In this document: piece by piece, positions 60,413-64,000 of the stretch
How positions within the stretch are numbered: the stretch's first letter is position 1
How the letters are laid out: every line of letters starts with the position of its first letter
NCBI GenBank assembly: GCA_963843575.1
Contig: CAWJKZ010000024.1
Location: forward strand, 416,001-480,000
Reading direction: 5' to 3'
Length of the DNA stretch: 64,000 nucleotides
Origin: an uncultured Acidobacteriota bacterium
GTDB lineage: Bacteria; Acidobacteriota; UBA6911
The notes under the pieces: generated by a model
Told to the model about the DNA's origin: nothing
Seen by the model: only the letters and a program-made list of their open reading frames with translations
Databases searched by the model: none
Program-made: the position numbers and the translations under genes

Positions 60413-63213
60413 TCAACGCTTCAGGATGAAGACCAGGGTGGGATCCAGGGGATAGCGGCCGAAGCGCTCGCCGTAGAGGGCCAGCCCCCCCGGCAGCGCC
60501 GAGTCCACTTCGAACCGGATGACAATTTCTTTGGCCTCGGCCGCGGCCCGCAGCGCCGCGGCCGGAACGCCGGCGCTGATCAAGTACCCGTAGGAGCCCG
60601 CCTCGCGCAGCTTCTTGTCCCGTTTCTGCGAGTGCCAGGAGAGAATGCCGCGGTGATCCGCAGGATCGTCGGGCAGGTCGAACTGGCCGATGGAGGTACC
60701 GGCGACGCGCACGCGGACGGCGCTGGGGAACCTCGCGGCATCGGTCATGGGGTAGGCATTCGGATTGAGGCTCGGGTCGTGCGTGCCCTTGCCGAGCATG
60801 AAATCGCCTTCCTGGCGTTGTACCCCCCGCTTGTCCTTGCCGAAAAGCTGTTTGGCGGAGGCTTCGAAGCTGAGGGAGGCGCCGGCGACGGCGCTCACGT
60901 CGAGATCCTCGGGCCAGGGAAGGCGGAACTCGAAATAGCCGGAACCGGCGCCGTCGGCCTTGAGGCCGTCCAGGACGTTCCACTGTCCAAGCGACCACTC
61001 GGCGGCCCGGAAAGCACCCGGCGCAAATCGCACTACGCGGGCTGGCGCGCCGTCGAGTTCGGTCCGCTCGTCGCGTCGCGCCGTGCCGTCGGCAACGAGA
61101 AAAGTGGTGAAGTTGCGGTGCAGCACCCTGCCGGACGCGTCTTCCAGGACCAGGCTCAGCAGTGCCAGCGCGGGCTGGTCGGGCATGCGGACGCTCAGCG
61201 GCTCCAGTTCCTGCGAGAGCCAGGGCCGGAACGTTACGTCCCGGTCCGCCTGCGAGTACCGTTGGGGCCGGCCCAGAGTGTCCCAGCCGGTGAGCGCGAC
61301 GCGCAGTCGCAGCCGCGCATCCGGAGTCCCCTCCGTGAGGAACGACGCCCAGAGGGGGACCGACACAACCTCCCCGGGCTTGACCTCGCGGCAGAGATCA
61401 CTCCCGGTGGAGAGGTAATACGGGCCGTGCAGGTCGCGCAGGGTCATGCCCTGCACGAGCCCGCCCAGGCCGGTGAACTTTTCGGTGCGATCGAAACGGT
61501 AGTAGCCGTTCCACTCGTTGACGACGTCGTGGTGCTCCGTATACAACCAGCCGCCGATCCTGGGGTGGCGCCGGAATTCGTTCATGGCGACGTGGTAATC
61601 CCAGCTCCAGTCGCAATCGCCGGTGCTCCCCTCATAGCCCCAGACGTTGCCGAACTCGCTGTTGAGGAGGGGCTGGCTGGCCTGCTTGCGCCCGCCGATG
61701 AAGTTCCACGCGGAGCCTGGGAACGTGTCGCGCGTGACCTGGTCGAGGTGCTCCCGCCAGGCGAAGCCCGGCAGATAAGAGTGCCAGGAGTTGATGTCGG
61801 TCTCGACGTGGTCGTGGTTGCAGGGGGAGTTGTCCTCCACGAGCCGCGTGGGGTCGAGTGTCTTGGCCAGGCGATAGACGGAGGCGACCCACGCCTGAGT
61901 CTCCGGCAGGTATTTGCGGTCTTTCCCCTTTCCGCTGAACAGCCCCCACGTTTCGTTGAAAGGCACCCAGGCGAAGATGGCCGGATGATTGAAGTCGCGC
62001 CCTATCATGCCGCGCAGGGCGTGTTCGATCTCCTGGCGCATGGCGGCGTCCGGCTCGCCCCAGCTGTTGGGGACGTCGGCCATGATCAGGAGGCCGAGGC
62101 GGTCGGCCCAGTAGAGCTTGCGGGGAACGTCCACTTTGACGTGGAGCCGGTTGGCGTTCAGGCCGATGCGACGCGAGCGCAGGATCTCGTCGCGCATGAA
62201 GGCGTCGGTGGGGAAGGTGTAGAAGCCCTCGGGGTGATACGACTGATCCAGCGCCATCTGGAGGTACAACGGTCTGTTGTTCAGCGCAACGTAGGGGAAA
62301 CCGAGCCCCGGCAGGTTCACGACGCTGATCTTCCGCATCCCGAAATAGCTGGCGACGCGATCCTCGGCGTTGCCGGAGCGCAGCGTGGCGTCGACTTCGT
62401 AGAGGAAGGGGTCTTCCAGGGACCACAGACCGGGCTCCGGGAACCCGGACCTCGAGCCGGATCTCTCTGGCGCCGGGCGCAACCGCCGCCACCGCGTCCG
62501 GCAAGCCGCCGGTCTTGAAGTGCAGCCTGAATTCGGCGCCGGCGCGGACGGCGGCGTTCAGCCCTGCCGCGACCGTCACTTTGCCCGCATCGATATCCGG
62601 CGTGAAACGCACGCTCTCCAGGAAAGTTTCCGGGCGGGCCTCCAGATATGCCGTCTGCCAGATGCCGCGCGCATTTCCATACCCCTGTTTCCCCTCCAGC
62701 TTGAACGGCCGCGGGCTGTCGTCGACGCGCAGCACGAGCCTGTGCTCCCGGCCGGGCTTGAGATGAGGCGTCAACTCGAACTCGAAGGGGGTGTAGCCGC
62801 CCCGGTGCGTGCCCAGACGGCTGCCCGTCGAGCCACGCCTGCGTCTCCCAGTCGCAGGCGCCGACGACCAGGTAGACGCGCTCTCCCTGCCACGCCTCGG
62901 GCGCGCGCACCGGGCGGGCATACCACGCGACGGTGGCCTTGTCGGCGACCCCCGAAAGCGCGGAGCCCCACGGGAACGGCACCAGAATGGTGTCCGGGAA
63001 CCGGGTGCCCGTCGCAAACCATTGCTCCTTGAGACCGGCGTCTGTCGGATCGAATCGGAACTGCCACGGGCCATTCAGATTGGCCCAGGCCGCGCGTTCG
63101 AAATCAGGGCGCGGGTGCTCGGGAAGGGGAATGGCGGCATCGACCGCGGGAGTGGGTTGGCTCCCCGGAAGGAGGGACCAGAAAGCAAGCAGCAGCAGTT
63201 CGCGCGTTTTCAT
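60413..63213 (-). CDS. GH2 glycoside hydrolase (frameshifts near 62820 and 62450)
   Basis: Signal peptide; PEHPRPDFER...NLNGPWQF, HRGGYTPF, GKQGY...GIWQT, ALDQSYHP, NRLHVK, NHPAIFAWVPFNETWG, LNSEFG. Confidence 0.9.
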
Positions 63214-63256
63214 GGGCGACGATGTTATCAAAAGACGCCCCGCAATTAAAAACATC

Positions 63257-63283
63257 TGGAGTGCGCCGCCTCGGCGCTGCTTT
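63257..63283 (+). repeat. single GGAGTGC-type REP-like unit
   Basis: tggagtgcgccgcctcggcgctgcttt resembles the units at 37157-37318. Confidence 0.45.
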
Positions 63284-63396
63284 CACTCGCGTCCTGCGGC
63301 CAGGAATGCCCCGGCGCCTCGGCGCCCCCCCGAATTGTCGGAATGGCGAGCCGCCAACGTCAATATTGTCCGCTGCAATCGGCCCGCTTCGGCCCG

Positions 63397-64000
63397 TTAT
63401 TCTGTCGCCTGCTCAATCAGTGTGGAAAAACGCCGGTTGATGGCGAGTGCCGGATCGAGAGGGACGGCCACGGGTTTGCAGTCCGGGGGTATGTGGATGA
63501 CGGGAACCGGGCGAATGTCGCGGCCTTCGAATTGCGGGAGCCATCTGCGCTGGGCGCGCAGCATTTCACCGCACATCTCCCGGATCTCGTGCAGGGTGCA
63601 GACGGCCGCGGTCAACGGGTCCATCGCGGCGGCGTGCACAATCGCTTCGGGATCGCCTTCGAGCGCGGCCTGAGCCGCCAGCGTCTGCACGTTGACGTTG
63701 GTGATGCAGGCGGCCGCGCACTGTGCCGGCAGGTCGCCCACCCGTGAGGGGTGGATCCCGGCGGAGTCGGCGAATGCGGGGACCTCGACGCAGCAGCCGT
63801 CGGGAAGGTTCGGTATGAACCCGTCGTTGCGGACGTTGCCCATGAAGCGGAACGGCCGTCCCGTCACGATGGCTTCCATGATGTAGGAGCAGTACTCGAC
63901 GCTCCGGCTCTCGATCTGGGCGACTCGTATTCCAGCGGATCGTGCGCGGCGTACTTCGCTGACAGCGCCTTCGAGTACTTGTAGTAGGCTCCGCTCTCTC
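63397..64000 (-). CDS. GH4 NAD-dependent alpha-galactosidase-like protein, C-terminal part
   Basis: SVEYCSYIMEA, GNVRNDGFIPNLPDGCCVEVP, AAMDPLTAAV, WLPQF. Runs off the window; probable indel near 63920. Confidence 0.85.
   Translation of the reverse strand, partial: RERSLLQVLEGAVSEVRRARSAGIRVAQIESRSVEYCSYIMEAIVTGRPFRFMGNVRNDGFIPNLPDGCCVEVPAFADSAGIHPSRVGDLPAQCAAACITNVNVQTLAAQAALEGDPEAIVHAAAMDPLTAAVCTLHEIREMCGEMLRAQRRWLPQFEGRDIRPVPVIHIPPDCKPVAVPLDPALAINRRFSTLIEQATE

Noticed and set aside
60374-62518. Long antisense and alternate-frame ORFs (e.g. 60374..62518, 57139..58983, 19687..21225, 18091..19653, 16839..18497)
   Set aside because: They are shadows of real genes, caused by high-GC codon bias, with Arg/Pro/Ala-rich or antisense-typical composition.

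Overview
A GC-rich bacterial chromosomal segment. The gene families point to Acidobacteriota: a carboxypeptidase-domain TonB receptor, a kinase-PD40 sensor, a 'LESWKEIA' HTH protein and many Tat-exported enzymes. Most of the window is glycan and peptide scavenging: a TonB receptor-GH109-nagB-Gfo/Idh/MocA-PmoA cluster, two GH29 fucosidases, GH106, GH2, GH4, a heparinase II/III, NamZ, and S9, M6 and C45 peptidases. I recognised no rRNA, tRNA or CRISPR array. Several long genes carry clustered frameshifts, which may be assembly indels, and there are many gene remnants. Four things stand out: (1) a tight operon of membrane Ser/Thr kinase, 77-aa peptide and radical SAM/SPASM enzyme (26888-22627, minus strand), a candidate undescribed RiPP or peptide-signalling system; (2) an orphan NRPS (55360-60369) that starts with an oxalate-CoA-ligase-like domain and has no thioesterase; (3) two diverged ~230-bp AT-rich palindromic elements bracketing a C45-SGNH fusion gene; (4) an IS5-like MITE that truncates a Cys-rich gene. 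All family assignments come from motif recognition, not database searches.
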